A DNA stretch of 62,260 nt, the filler included, from Choristocarpus tenellus KU-1152 (Eukaryota > Protista > Phaeophyceae), in NCBI GenBank assembly GCA_964200185.2. It is 8 parts of 8 records of this genome, joined end to end, with 100 filler letters (N's around TTAATTAATTAA, not from the genome) between each part and the next. Parts side by side here need not be neighbours in the genome. Positions count along the whole stretch, not along the records: positions 7,515 to 17,846 come from CAXNAD020002984.1; positions 17,947 to 26,594 come from CAXNAD020004485.1; 6 more parts are not named here. One strand, written 5' to 3'. The notes beneath the pieces are model-generated. The model saw only the letters and a program-made list of their open reading frames with translations. It was not told where the DNA came from and made no database searches. Below, piece after piece: positions 12,592 through 26,336 of this stretch (positions within the stretch are counted from its first letter, which is position 1; every line of letters starts with the position of its first letter). The position numbers were made by a program, and so were the translations under genes.

Positions 12592-14113
12592 CTCCTTCTG
12601 TCCCATAGGTCTGGGCCGTTAAGTTGTAGCTCAACGGGATGATCTCCAATTACAAAATGGACTTTTGTGTTGTATTCCTTTGAATATTTTACAATAAATA
12701 ACTAAATTTCAAAGAATGCAAACAAAGATTTCTGTTCTGAAAGGGTTCCGATATAATGGAACACAGAATGGGGCATATTCTTATCATTTTTTTATGTTCC
12801 TGCTGCAGCGTGGAGCCATACAACACTCTCACAACCCCCATGGCAAGCTCCCACAGCCCGTTGTCTCTGGCACAAAGCCCACAGTCTAGGGGAAAGAACT
12901 GTGAGCTGACTAAGGAAGGTTGAACCACACTTGCTCTGTGTTACGCATTGGCTCTTCCTCCAGTTCCTGAGGAGTGTGGGATCTAAATTGGCTAAAGAGT
13001 TTGGAGTGGGAGAATGACACACTAGATGGGTGTGGGTGCGTATCAAAAAAACGTTAGACAGGGGGGATTGCATCTCCTTAGAACCATAAGCATGATCTGG
13101 ACAATCGTAGGACTTTACGCCAACGAAACAAGCAAAGATCTAGGAAATCAACAGCAGTAATCGCACGCTGACTATCAACCAACTTTCTGCCAAGCTCGCC
13201 TCAACGCCGTTCGCATCAATGAGGTGTGGTTCTACCTCATCCATGAAGGAGAGATGGTGTGCATATTCCCAGGGGAGGAAAACGTGGGCTCAATAAAGGT
13301 GCAACACAAGAAACATTCCGAAAGTGATGTTCATCTCCACCGTTTTGCACCCGGATCTTTCCCTTGATAATGACGGCAAGATCGGGATCTGGCGGGTTTG
13401 TGTAACAGAGGCACAACAGACTACAACACAGCACACAACGGGTGAGAAGTACGAGGTCGACGTCATCATCGATGCCGAGTGGTACCTGGAGCAGCTGTTG
13501 CCAGCAATCAAGGAAAAAATGCCGTTGCTGGAATTGGGGGGGGCTCCATACAGTAAGACAGTCTGACCCGACATACAGGCAGGCAAGGGCACGGTGGAGA
13601 AGCTGAATGCAGCAGGGATGGAGGAGGGATGGAAGATTAAGCTCATGGCGCGGCCAGCACAGTTGCCAAATCTCAACATCAATGATTTGGGGGCCTTTGC
13701 ATCTCCGAAGAGCAGGGTTTGGGCGGAGCGTTACGGCGCTGTTGATGAACTTGTATCGGGGGTTTCAAGCCTAATCCACGTGTACGAAGCAGACACGCTC
13801 GAGGGGGTGTGGCAGAGACTGTTTTAAGAGGTCCAATCAGGTGTTAAGGGCGCTGGGGGGGAACGATTTTGAGGTAAAGCACACTGGGACCAAAAAAAGG
13901 CACTGGGAGGATGGGTTGGCTAGATTAGTCTAAGTCTACCGAGCAGCCTCCACGGCGACCCTGGATTGGTGTGTTGATGGTGTTGAATGAAGATGAGACA
14001 TAGTTTTACAATGTAAGGTATTCCAAGGAATCCAACACAACAGTCCGTTTTGTAATTGGAGGTCATCCCGAAGAGCTACAACTTAACGGCCCAGATGTAC
14101 AGGACATAGGGAG
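12592..14113 (+). mobile_element. Plant-type (DD39D/Stowaway-related) mariner element with ~110-bp TIRs and a pseudogenised transposase
   Basis: TA|CTCCTTCTGTCC...GGACATAGGGAG|TA; 12592-12700 is an inverted match to about 14005-14113; motifs INEVWFY, KVQHKKH, DGKIGIW and PNLNINDLGAF. Confidence 0.92.
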
Positions 14114-15078
14114 TATATTTTTTCTTTAATTGAATATGTATATATCTGCCCATTGTTGGACAAAGTCAAAGTAAACGAGAGGCACCCAGAATTGTACTTG
14201 GAGGATGTTGACAAATAGGTGCAAAATTATACTTTTTTCCAAATGTGTTTTGGATATCTTCTGAATTATGTCGAAAGGTTTTAAGCAATAGAGAAATAAA
14301 CAGTCACAAGTCAAACTTAGAACTTCATCCAAAGAAATGTAGGTGAATTGCAAATGATTGAAAACTGACTTGAAATGCAAAACGGAATAAGCCTGGGTAC
14401 CTCTCGTTTACTTAGGCTCACAACACTGCAAAGATTACATTGCATTTGATGTTACACAGCTTTTTGGTGTCCTACCAATGGGTCCTTCCATTGGAGGTGT
14501 TCGTGCAAGTGTTGCTTGCTGTGTCATGTCCTGCACGTCATCAAACTTGTTTGATTTATCATGCGGTGTGACTCTTGAAATACAGTTCTGCTAACCACCA
14601 ACCATCACATCATTATGTCTAATGGAACATAAGAAAGAGGGCTTCATTAAAACTGCCGAGTAAATGAATAGAAGTACACAGATTATATTATTTCACAATA
14701 ACAAATAAAACACTTGGTGGTGTCTCCATCAGAGTTGTAGCGGACAGAGAGTGAGCCACGTGAGTCATCCTATCATTGAGGGGTGTATGGTTTGGTGTTT
14801 TGGGTCCTTGTGACTGGCTTCTGATACATGCAGCACTTCTAGGACCGTGGAAAATTATTCACGCTTATGTGAACAATTGTTCATCTTCTCTTTTGCAGTA
14901 GTAACAGCATCCAGAAGGGGTTAACAGCAATTCAGACATGTGAATGAATTGGATGTCAAGCACAATGTTGAACTAAATTGCCTGAAATACTCAAAATGAT
15001 CTAAATTGTCCCTGCATTGAGAAGACAGGATGAATCACGTATGTCATGGATGGTGTCAAGCAGTGTTGCTTTGTACTA

Positions 15079-16735
15079 CTCCCTCTGTGCCATAAGTATG
15101 TGCCGCGAAACATCTGGACTTGCCAAGCGAGAACGGCGCCGAATCGGACGATAACCTCACAGAATGAAATCGGGTTGACAATCTCAGCTTCCAGAAAAGG
15201 GTTGGGGGTCGAGGATCATCAGGTACAAACTCGAGGTGCTTCAAGTCGTCAAAGTAGGGGTCTTTTGGGGTGATTCTGAGTCCAAAACTGGGTACGTCAA
15301 GGGTCAAAACGTCAGCATGGCAACCCCCCCATCAACCCTCCCACTTGGAAGGGTGCCCAAGTGTCCCTGAATACCAGGGTTGCGTTTGCAGTGCGGCACG
15401 CCCTTGCGATGGTCCCTGGTGAGAATAAACTGCTGCGACACGTTGGGCCGGTCCTCACAGTGGAGTTTGGAGTGTCCAAGCATTACATGCGAGGGCTCTG
15501 GGAGGACGTCGCCAATCAGCTTGCCCGTGGCCACATGCTTGACCTTGGGGTGGTGACATGTAAGTTGGCGGCCTTCGAAGCTCACATTGACCAAGATGGC
15601 CGCAATACATAGTATCAACTCCAATAATCGGTCATCCACAGTACATTAGGTGACAATGAAGATGGCCGCCATGTGTCTGAATTATAACATGAGCACCATA
15701 AACAGGTGGTTGGATGATATGGGGACCATGCCGAATCACCGCTGGATCAAACCCAACCTTAAATCGTGGCAAAAGGTATGGGGGATGGACTTTGTTTATT
15801 ATCAAGTGAACTGGAAACGTGGTGTGTACGCCTCCATGGTGAACACGATCCATGTGGGTGAAACCTGGTTTTACGTGATAGTTGATGGGGAAAGGGTTAG
15901 GGTATTTCCGCATGAGGATGATAGCGACCTTCTGGGGTTATGGTTAGTGCAGCACAAGAGTCATATCGCCAACACCATGATCATTGCAGTCAACGCCCGC
16001 CCAGATTCGGCTCGCACCTTGATGGAAAGCTTGGTTTTTGGCGTGTGTGTGCGCCAAAAACGGCTGACGGGATGAGCAAAAACCATAAAAGGGTGTGTGT
16101 GTGTGAGCACGACTGTAATTTAGACCATTTGTGGTACAGGAAGTGGTACACGGAGGAGTTACTGCCTGCAATCAACACTAAGATGCCTTGGTTGCAGGGG
16201 AAGCACGTTATCATTCAGCAAGACGGTGCCACCCCCCACACAGGCAAGGGAAACTCATATATCTTGTCAGAGGCAGGGAAGACTGAGGGGTGGTCGATTA
16301 GGCTTATGACGCAGCCATCTAACTCCCCCGACCTCAATATCGTGACCTGTGCTTCTTCAGGTCTTTGAAATGCGGGGTGATGGGGGAGCAGTTTAGGTCT
16401 GTCGAAGAGATGGTGAAGGTCATTAAGAAACAGTATGAGGAGTATGATGAAACCACACTTGAGAGGACTTGGCAGCTCCTTTTTGTGGTGTACAATCAAG
16501 TACTTAGATACAAAGGGGGGAATGACCTCAGTGTGGAGCACACAGGGGTAAGGAAGATGCAATTGTCTGGTGAGCTTGAAAACACGCCGAAGGTAGACAT
16601 GGAGGCCTCTTCTGTGACTGATAAAATTGTGATGGATGGGGAAGTAAAATAATGCACAGCTGACCCTACAACCAGAAATTCGTCAAGGATTCCAAATCTT
16701 CTTTCAAGAAATGAATTTCATCATCTTCAAAAGTA
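15079..16735 (+). mobile_element. Second plant-type mariner element; near-full-length frameshifted transposase (about 15361-16652), 3' TIR lost
   Basis: TA|CTCCCTCTGT terminus; motifs IHVGETWFY, VQHKSHI, IQQDGATPH and QPSNSPDLN. Confidence 0.93.
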
Positions 16736-16799
16736 CATTACCTATTTTATGTGATTTTGTACATTTTTGTTTGTATTTGAGACATATTCTTGTCTTGTA

Positions 16800-17625
16800 T
16801 TGTTTGTGCTGATAGTTGTGAAGCAGGAGAGTCTTGCTATGGCACTCCCTATTTTGATGATATTGTAAGACATTTGTCTTTATTTGTTTTATGTTCTTAG
16901 TTCCTAGGGAAGGTAAGCCTCTCCATGGCAGCGCCCTACCTATGCGACTGTGAGGCATTGTGTTGGTGTCCTATAGTTGTTTGTGTTTATAGTTCTGAAA
17001 GATAGAGTCTATGGCAGCACCCTATTTCAGTGCTATTGTGATTTTGCATCCATATTCATTTGTGTTTATATTTGTGAGGGGGGAGAGTCTTGCTATGACA
17101 CTCCCTATTTTTATGTTATTTTGAGACATGTGTTTTTTTGTTTGTTTATAAGTGGTTAGTTCGTAGGGAGGCAAGCATTTCTGTGGCAGCACCTTTTTTG
17201 TTTGTGAATGTGAGACATTATCTTGATGTCAGGTATTTTGTGTTTGTAGTTGTGAAGGGGGAACGTCTATGGCAGTACCCTGCATCAGTTCTATCGTGAT
17301 TTTGTGCCTTTATTAATTTGTGTTTATAGTATTGAAGAGAGACTTGCTGAGGCACTCCACTCCCATTTTTATTTTATTTCAAGACATTTGTTTTATTGTA
17401 TACGTTTATAGTTCTAGGGAGGGTAATTCGTTCCACGGCAACACCCAGTATCTTTTGTGACCATGAGACATCGTCTTAGTGTCCTGTCGTTGCTGTGTTT
17501 TAGTTCTGAAGGGGGGGCGTCTATGGCAGTACCCAAGTTCAGTGCTACTATGGTTTTGTGTCTGTATTTGTGTTTGTTTAGCTTGGAAGGTGTGGGATCT
17601 TTTTAGACAGTACCCTACTTTTGAC
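16800..17625. repeat. Degenerate higher-order tandem repeat (about 255-bp unit made of three related ~85-bp subunits, about 3 units)
   Basis: gagtcttgctatggcactcc-like motif at about 16829, 17085 and 17340, with interleaved tagggagg and gtctatggcag subunits. Confidence 0.8.
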
Positions 17626-17795
17626 GTGTGTATGAGACTCTTATATAGGATTTTTTCTCTTGAACCTTGAGTCAAATCCAGAGTGAGTGCCGTGAGGTGT
17701 GAGTGTCGCGCTAACATATCTGTCATCAGGCAAACGTTGGATGGGGGGTTTTCCTCCAGGTTTCCTCCTCTGCTGGATCCCCAACGCTGCCTACT
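17625..17795 (+). repeat. Probable LTR segment shared with contig 6
   Basis: Reverse-complement match to about 39186-39350. Confidence 0.75.
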
Positions 17796-17969
17796 GATAT
17801 GTTAGGACCTGGAAGTGACATTCATTTAATTTCTGCTACGTTCGTGNNNNNNNNNNNNNNNNNNNNNNNNNNNNNNNNNNNNNNNNNNNNTTAATTAATT
17901 AANNNNNNNNNNNNNNNNNNNNNNNNNNNNNNNNNNNNNNNNNNNNACCAATGAAACACATTTGAAGGG

Positions 17970-18007
<38 letters not shown>

Positions 18008-18850
18008 ACGAGGTGTCATGTAATGAGATGCCGTGGCAGATAGTCTCACGAGCTTTTTTTTCCTCGTACTGTACAATAACGTGGAATTGAATCCCGGCCT
18101 GACCGCTTTCTGGGCTCCCTACCCCAGGATGATCAGATGTAACGTGAGGGGGGTCCAGGACATGGACTCAAGAGGAAACACAACAATTGAGATGAGTGCT
18201 CTGGGAAAGAGCGCAACTCGTGGGACAGTGACAAGTCAGGTAGCACCCCAGCATCATCGTCACACCTGATGTTGCCGAGCATCGAGATAACGCTGATCCA
18301 TCGGGGGATGGCAGTCGCAAAACTACACAGCAGTCAGTGGCGAAGCACTTCTTTGGTGTCTCAACATTTTTTTTTTGTAACGTTGTGGACCATGACAGCT
18401 TAATCAGCTCTGTTCCATTCGTCGAGAAATACCCTAGAGGCCGTACCCCAAAAAAGAGCTCTGTTGTCCACCTCTTTTTTTCTATTTTTTGCAGGTGCTG
18501 CAACATATCATTCTTGAATCATTATCCCTATAAATCATTACATAATTTTCGACTCTTGATTCATACTGTGAAAAGTGGCATACTCAATGCGGACCTGTTT
18601 TTGGTTCTCTTTGAGGTACACCTTCTATCATATGAACAAAAATCATGATAAATCCATCCAAACTCCTAGCACTCAACCCTCCGGCTATATATCTTTCAGC
18701 CTTCCTTGAGCAAAGCATGAGCAAGAGTGCGTCTCACATATTACACAAGGGAATGCTTCTGATGACGAATTAAGAGGAAATTTCAATACTCTTTTGTGGC
18801 CCCTCACTACCCAAGTGGCCTTTCCCCTTGCATCACTACATATCACTCAC

Positions 18851-21800
18851 CTTGTGCACCCACAGTTGAATGGAGTTCATTGAACCTCTTCTGGCCAATT
18901 TTAATCTAAAAAATGGATTCTCACAATACACAAGACTCAATATTTGACATACAAGAGATCTATCGCCCAAAAAGTATTCAAAGGTCCTCGAATCAATCTT
19001 TGCCACAAGTCAGACTTTACTGTGGTATCTCAAGATTGAAGTAATAAATGGAAAAGAGATCATTTGCATACCCTTGGTCGCTGGTTAGTGGTCCCCTGGA
19101 GACAAAGAACCCAACTGTGTATGTGTGTGTTCTCATTTCGAGCTTTGCTTATCACTTACAACTAGCAACACCTCTCTTACTCTCTTTCAGTTCAAAATCA
19201 TTTCAATACGCGTTAGTAGTGGCGAAGGGAAAGGACTTAATAAAGACAAGACACTATAATTACAAAAATTACGAGGATTGAGTGAGAGTATCATAGTGCA
19301 CTTAAATCAAGCCCCATCAAACTCAATCACAAAGAAATCTCTACTACACATCTAAACATCCACCTTCCATCAAAATCAACATCAAGGGTTAGGGTCACTG
19401 TTCTCAACACCTGGTAAGCATCATCAATCGCACCCAGCAGCTCGCCGCCCACAGCCTCAGCAGTTGCCCTAAGCGCCCTTGCAGTGAGGTCTTCAGCAAT
19501 GCCTGCCACTGCCTCTGCATTTGCCGCCATGGAAGACAATTCCTCTCTGTACAACCAAGAAAGCGACCCAATTCCCCCTCCACTACTTCCACTGCCCCCA
19601 AGCCTCCCAAGCAGTCCCACCACCTTGGCATCAAGGTTCCGCGAGTCCTGCCTTGTCAGCAGAAGGCTCCTCTCCCCTCCACTGCCGCCTCGGTTACCTT
19701 TACCACCACTCCCATGGTCGTCACCACCACTTAGGGGCCCCTCAGATTCTTCTGCAGTAGCTGTCTCCGGTATCGAGGTTTCCAGGTCCATGAGATCAAT
19801 CAGAGTAGCCTTCACATGATCACGCAAAGCATCCAGGGCTGTTCCGAGATGGTTCCGACTAGCCGCTGCGACTGCCTCCTGCAAGTGACACAGGCACGCC
19901 TCCAATGCAATCGTGGTAGCCAAACAATGATCCCCCGAAAATCGCTGTGCCATGGTGGAAGTTGGTGGGGATTCAAGCAGCTGGCCATTCCGCTTTTCCC
20001 ACCACCGCCACCGGTCTTCCCTTCCCCCCCCCCTTTCTGCCTCCGCCCTTACTCCCCCCCCCCCTGGCATTGTGGCCACTCCACCCAGCATCTCTACAGA
20101 CCTAGTCCCTCCCCCGCCCGTCCCTGCAGCTACCCCACCACCTCTAAATTCCTCCCCTTGTCCAGTCACGACCTCTGCTTCAAGCTTCCCCATTCTCCAC
20201 AAGTGTTCCACCTTGACTCCCACACTCCTCCCACCTACATGCCCATCCTCTACTCTGTAGCTCTCCCCAACACCACCAGCGCTGCAATCATCATCAGGAT
20301 CATTGTAATCATCATCCCTACTCCCCACCAGGCACCCCCGTCCAGGGGAGAATGCCAAGGCAGGGTCCAGAGACCAAAGAAACTCAACCACCTCACGACG
20401 TTCCACAATCAGAACTGTCCTATGCTCCTCCAGCTTCGCCAATGCCACCTCCATACCACCCAACGAAGTCGCTGCCACCTCTCCCCTCCTCTCTACTGCC
20501 TGAGCAACATCATCCTCCCACCTCGATGAGAGGTCCAGCAGAAGGGTAGGTCCCGGGGTTGGTGTATCCTGACCTTTACCACTATGGTCTGCACCACCAC
20601 TGACCCCATCTCCATCCTCCTGGTCGCCCTTCGAGGGACTCATCTTTGTTCCTCCCCTTAGTCCCACCAGAATATCTGATCGGTATGTGTCAAGTTTATT
20701 GAGCTGCTGAATATGCTCCCGTGCATTGAGATCCCAGCTAAGAAGCTGATAAGGATAGAGATAGGAATGGGTGTAGGGGTGGGTGGGGAGTAGAAGCTGG
20801 AAAAACAGGGTGAAGTGCCGTGTGGAGTTCACCACTTTGAAGTAATATGTTTCTGAGAGGGAGGATAATATCTGCAGCAAAACATTGCAACAAGGAAAGG
20901 GCTATGCAATCTGGAGGCAAACAGGCATGCAATAATCGGCACAGTGCATGTTGTTGAGAGTGTGCCTACATGACCTCCTATCATAATGTAGTTTTCACAG
21001 AGAGAAACCCTGGCAGGAGCAAACTCGCGATCAATGCTTGGTTCGAGTATTTTCCTCAGGGAATGCAGCGATAGGGAATGCAGTGATGGAAACTGGGAGA
21101 CCAACACCAACCTTTGCCTAGACTTCAAAGGGCATAATCTCAACCTATCGAAAAACAAACAGGTGTTCTTTCATCTCCCTGTGTGCAATGCTCTAGTGAC
21201 CACATGGTGATGGAGGATGATTAACCTTCCTCCCTTGCTCACCTCCGTCACAAAGCTGATGAAGTGCTTGATCCTCTCCGCGGCACACTCACCAACGCCT
21301 CTTACAGCTTGACTCTTGGCGTGGGCCTCTGCTAAGCGGTTCAAGTGCCCCAACCCTTGCCGCCTTTCCGCCAGCAGTTCCCTCACCTCAACCCTTGCCT
21401 CTGCACTCCACAAGCCTCCTATCCCCACACCTCGTGCACTTTCCCTTGCAATACCCCCTCGTAGTGTGGAAGGGGCCCTTTGTTCTTCCTGACCAGCAGG
21501 TGAGGGGGGAAGAAGGAAGCAACTACCAGGGCTCAGCCCACAGGAGTTGGTGAGGCTGGGGGATGCCCCTGCCGATAAGAGGAGTAGAACTGCTTCCGTG
21601 GCTCCAGCTGCCGCTGCCAAGTGCAGGGCTGAAATTTCGGCACAAAGGGGCAAGAGATAACAGATATTAGGGGGATAGGTGACCAGGAGTGGGTCCCTTC
21701 AACTGCATTCTTGAACTAATTATCTATTGTCAGACTAGTATTAACCAGTAGTCCAAGAGGAAGAGTCCTGAACTAAAATTTCTGACTCCATATTTTAAGG

Positions 21801-23576
21801 ATCAATATTACCTGAGATTCATAATGACTGAGAGGTACACCGGGTTGTATTAAAAATGGCCAAAACAAGTCTTTGGGTAAATTACAAATTAAGGCCTTTG
21901 CCTAACTGTGGTGATTATTTTGTCAGCATCTCTTCTGAAGTGACACCTCTGTTTTCAGGAGCTTTCATTGTGCACAGAAAATACGGAATAGGGTGTAATG
22001 CACAAGGGATAAAAAGGGCATACAATGCAAAACAGCTGAAACATGCATACCTCAACTATGACTCTGAGCTAAGTATGAGACACAGGAAAGCGCCACAGGT
22101 TGTCAGGATTTCCATTTCAGCACCAACCATATCTAAGTCCCGTTTAATTTATTGGGTATTAGAGCTTTGCATGCAATCTTCCAATGAGGCCTTCTCCTCG
22201 CTGCAAGTGCCAATCAAAGTGTGACCACACACAAGTCAATCACTTGCATTGGGAAACGAGTATTTCAAACACTCACTATTATGACCGCAACATGATTTGG
22301 CATGTGTCCGGAGGATCAATGAAGATAAGACAAGCCAAGAAAAATAAGGAAATTACATCCTAATCAATAACTAAACTGAAGGGAGCTCAAGCTAACAATC
22401 CTACTCTGCACCATTCAACAAAACTTTTACAACTATGTGGCAGTGAAGGGGGAGGGGTTAAGGGGTATGTACCAATGCAGCGTCATCACGCCAACCTGTT
22501 GAGCCCGAGGAGTTGATGTGGTCAACATCTGCCCCAGCATTGACTATCAGACGAACAACAACAGGGTACAATACCCCTACGTGCAAGGCCGTATCCCCTT
22601 CCATTGTTGCTGCTTGAACTGAAGCGCCTCGAGACAACAAAGTCCTCACAGCTCCTGAATACCCCCCTCGGGCTGCCAGGAATAGTGGCGTTGCACCCTG
22701 CCTGTCTGCTGCCTTTAGACTTGCGCCATGTGAAAGAAGCTTCAGAATGACCTCAACGTGCCCTCCAGCTGCTGCACGATGCAGAGGTGTACGCCCCATC
22801 CAAGTCTTCTCTTCAACGTGTCCCCTCGATATTGTCTCATCTGACTCACCAAGGAGCATATCGACAATGGAAAGATGTCCTCGCGAGCAGGCGATACTGA
22901 GGGGGGTCTCTAGCCGCGCTGTTCGTATTCCAGTATCAGCCAGAGGAGCAGACAGAAGGGACTGCATGATGAAGGCATGACCTTTGGACGCGCAAACATG
23001 AAGGGAAGTCCATCCATCGGTCCGCCGGGCATCGACTCGCGCATTCCTAGAGAGAAGCTCATCTACCACACGGGTAAGCCCTGACCCAGTGGCTAGCATG
23101 AGGGGGGAGGGAATACCCCATCTGGAGACTGTTGCAACGGAGTTGTTAGGGTCGGCACCAGCTGTAGTTAGGAGGAACATTGCGACTTCCTCGTGCCCAT
23201 TGGCACAAGCGAGGCACAGAGGCGAGAGCCCATCAGGATCGAGGGCTTTGTTGACATCGATGGAGTAGCCGCTGTCCTGGAGGATAGACTGCAAGTTTTG
23301 CACTCGTCCTTCTCCTGCTTCTACAAGAAGTTTCTCGTTGGGGTTGTCAAAGGTCTGGAGGATGAGGTAAACAAGGGAGGTACGTCAAAGGGTAAACTGA
23401 AATGGGTGGCTCTATTCCAAAGTTTTACATCTGTTGATATACTTTGTGTGGAACTTAACTTTGGAATATGGTCTTCAATTTACCTTCGACTTGGTGAGAG
23501 ATTTGGCTAAGGCGTTCACATGATAATTAAGGTCTCTCAAACCCGTCGCCAGTCCAGCGAATCGAGATGAAGTCAT
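18851..23576 (-). CDS. Multi-exon ankyrin-repeat protein; 3' end uncertain
   Basis: Exons 23576-23484, about 23354-22496 (several ANK repeats such as TPLHRAAAGGH and TPLFLAARGG), 21628-21243, about 20871-19411 and about 18905-18851; GT-AG junctions, phase-compatible where checked. Confidence 0.85.
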
Positions 23577-23814
23577 CGTTGAAGATTAAAGGCAGAGTAT
23601 GCTCCACCCCTAATCTACTCTTGTGCATGACTAGATATCTTGGATAGGAGAAAAGCCATTCCAATTGGAATGTCGTACGAGCGAATCTGATTATTTGTTG
23701 GTGAGAGATATTTTAATGTTTCTTTGATAGTTGATGATCACCAATAATCAAACGCCTTCCAGACTTACTACTAGTTTCTTGTTTGAATAATGCGAAGTGC
23801 TCCATTTTGAACTC

Positions 23815-26129
23815 ATGAGGTCTGCGGGGGCGTTGGGTGTAAGCGTCCTCGCTGCCGCTGTAGCGCCTCATTCCGTCGTAGAAGGATGGTTATTTACCAT
23901 GCAACCCGTCTACAGACGTCCTAGAGAGCAACAACGAACCTCCTGCCGGTCCTCGACATCATGCAACACTCCTTCACATCCCCCCACACCACGAACGTCG
24001 AGAATGTCTGCCGCCTCGGCTGTGTCCACGAATGCATTCAATGCATTTCACTCGTGGTTGTCTAAAAGCGGTGTGAAAATGGACAATCGGTTTGTCAGGG
24101 TGGAAAGATCGCCGCTTGATGGGGGAAGGGGTTTAGTTGCGATACAACCCATCGAAAAGGGAACAAAGGTCGTTGAGGTGCCGCAGGAGCTTGGTCTGGC
24201 CGCGTCAGGGATTAAGGGCTCCGATATAGGAAAATACCTGAAGGGCTTTCAAGGATGGACAGGGGATACGGGGCTGATTGCGCTGCAACTCCTTTGGGAG
24301 CGGAGTAAAGGGGCGAAATCAAAGATGGAGTCATGGGTTGCTGTCCTACCTGCTCCTGGGGACCTAGACATGCCTCTCTTCTGGGAAGAGGAGAATTTGT
24401 CGCTGGCTGATGCATCGTCCACACGGGTAAGAGCAGGAAGGCCTAGTCGGAAATTGAACCCTCCCTCCGGCTTTTTCCTCAGTTGTTGAGGTTGTTGACC
24501 TGAAAAGTTCATGACACATTTTCAGACGCTTGTAGAGTCTAGCTCACCACCACTCCCTCATTCTAGTGGAACGATACATACACAGATCAGGTTCTTTGTT
24601 TCAGTCGCATCTCGATCTCGTTAGCGGTGTTGTACGGAGGGGGACATCCTGCCTAAGAATACTTTATCGAGTTCGGCAGGCACACCTACGCTGAGTACTC
24701 CTACAAACACATTGCGCTCCTCTCCTACTATAATCAATGATCGGAAAGCAGGTTGAGCTGATCAAAGTTGCATCGGGTTGCTTAGGACATAACGTGCAGT
24801 CATGGTTGGTTTCCACCAACCCTTTTAACGCGCTATGATCCTTAATTGGGAACTTTGTCTCCCTATATGCCACGTTGGTAATTCTCCATTTTCCATTGTA
24901 ACAGATATTTGGTTCGCGTAACCTTCGTGACTTCAACCATCAAGTTTGGCACCCCAATGAAGTGAAATGCCCAACAAGACATCGCAATGCATCTCCTCAG
25001 TCTGCCCTTCACATACGCACATGAGCGCGCTTCAACCCCCCATTCCTACCTGTAGGGCATCTCCGGATTTGGAGATGACGTTGATGAGGACTATGCATGG
25101 CTTCAGGCCAACACCTTTGGGCCAAATCCTAAGGCTTTCCCACCTGCAGAGTTTACACTAGAACTCTTCCGATGGGCCGTTGGAGTAGTCCTATCCCGTT
25201 CCTTCTTTGTGGATGGGGAGCTCAGAATGGTACCACTTGTGGACTTTGTAAATCATAGTCCTAGGTCAAGGAGAGAACCTGAAGGTGAGTTCAAAATGCC
25301 ACTGCAGGAGGGGAGGGGGCAGGGGGGCATGCAAGACATGACAGGCACATGTCCACCTCAAAATAAACCAAGACTATAGGCCCCCAAGGGTAACTGCAAT
25401 GCTGCCCCCACTTTGCATAGCGTATACCAAGGAGAAGGACAACTTTTTGCTAGGGCTGGTATTTTGTTTTGGTCTGGTCCCTGGCTTTTTTTTCCCTCCC
25501 ACGCTAGCCTCATGCATCTTTGAGGCAATGCTACCTTCCACTGGAAGTGTGCCAAGGGGAAGTCACGTCCACCTGTACTTGTCTCAATTGGAAGCGTTTT
25601 GTCGCATCAAACCTCTCACGGATTGTGTGCTCAACAAATCTCAGACAAGCTCCACCTTGAGTTGTTTTACTACATTGGGGAAGATAACCACATCAAACTC
25701 TTCATAAATACTACATTGTTGCGATTATCCTCACCGGCGAAGAAGGGCTCTATCAAACAAATAGACCCTTCTTGAGCCATCTTTTTTCAAATTTAGACAC
25801 CCCTACCTTCTCAAGACCATAAAAAGGAGGAGCCCAAGGCTTTGAAGCTGTTTCTGAGGAAAGGCACACAGTAACCCCACTCTCAGTCATCTCTACTCCT
25901 TCCACCCTCCATTGAACAACCATCACAACTCTCCCTTCTCTCTTCCCATCCCCCCCCATTGGTCCCCTGCCTCCATCTCTCTCTTACTGCTGCTCCTAGG
26001 TGGTCCAACGGGCTTGTTTGGTACAAGCAGGGCAGTTGTTCTTGTGTCAGAACGAGACTATCAGGAAGGGGAGGAGTTTTTCGTCAGTTACGGACCTAAG
26101 GGCGCTGCAGCTTATCTTGAGGAAAATGG
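23815..26129 (+). CDS. SET-domain lysine methyltransferase, Rubisco LSMT-like, probably plastid-targeted; 3' part missing
   Basis: Exons 23815-24426, 25056-25284 and 26000-26129; motifs GRGLVA, FRWAVGVVLSRSF, VPLVDFVNHS and EEFFVSYG; signal-peptide-like N terminus. Confidence 0.9.
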
Positions 26130-26308
26130 GTGAGGGCATTAGAACCTTGGACCACAAATCTACAGGGTTTTTTCTTCAATGTGCGGCAGTATTCTATGAG
26201 AGTTCCCATGTTGAACCAGTGTCCCTACACCATTGAAGGTACTGCAGTGCCCCGGTCCCTTAGATTGGAATCACAGTTATTGGACCATTGCGCCTTTTGA
26301 AAATGTAT

Positions 26309-26336
26309 TTGTGTGTGTGTGTGTGTGTGTGTGTGT
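26309..26336. repeat. (GT)n microsatellite
   Basis: Visible directly in the sequence. Confidence 0.9.

Noticed and set aside
17967-18006. Long G/C runs (also about 35758-35778, 36025-36051 and 54971-55011) as functional G-quadruplexes
   Set aside because: They lie next to contig ends where homopolymer length is unreliable, and there is no independent support.
19484-20549. Plus-strand Pro-rich ORFs, and likewise the plus-strand ORFs at 60244-61608
   Set aside because: Antisense shadows of real minus-strand exons.
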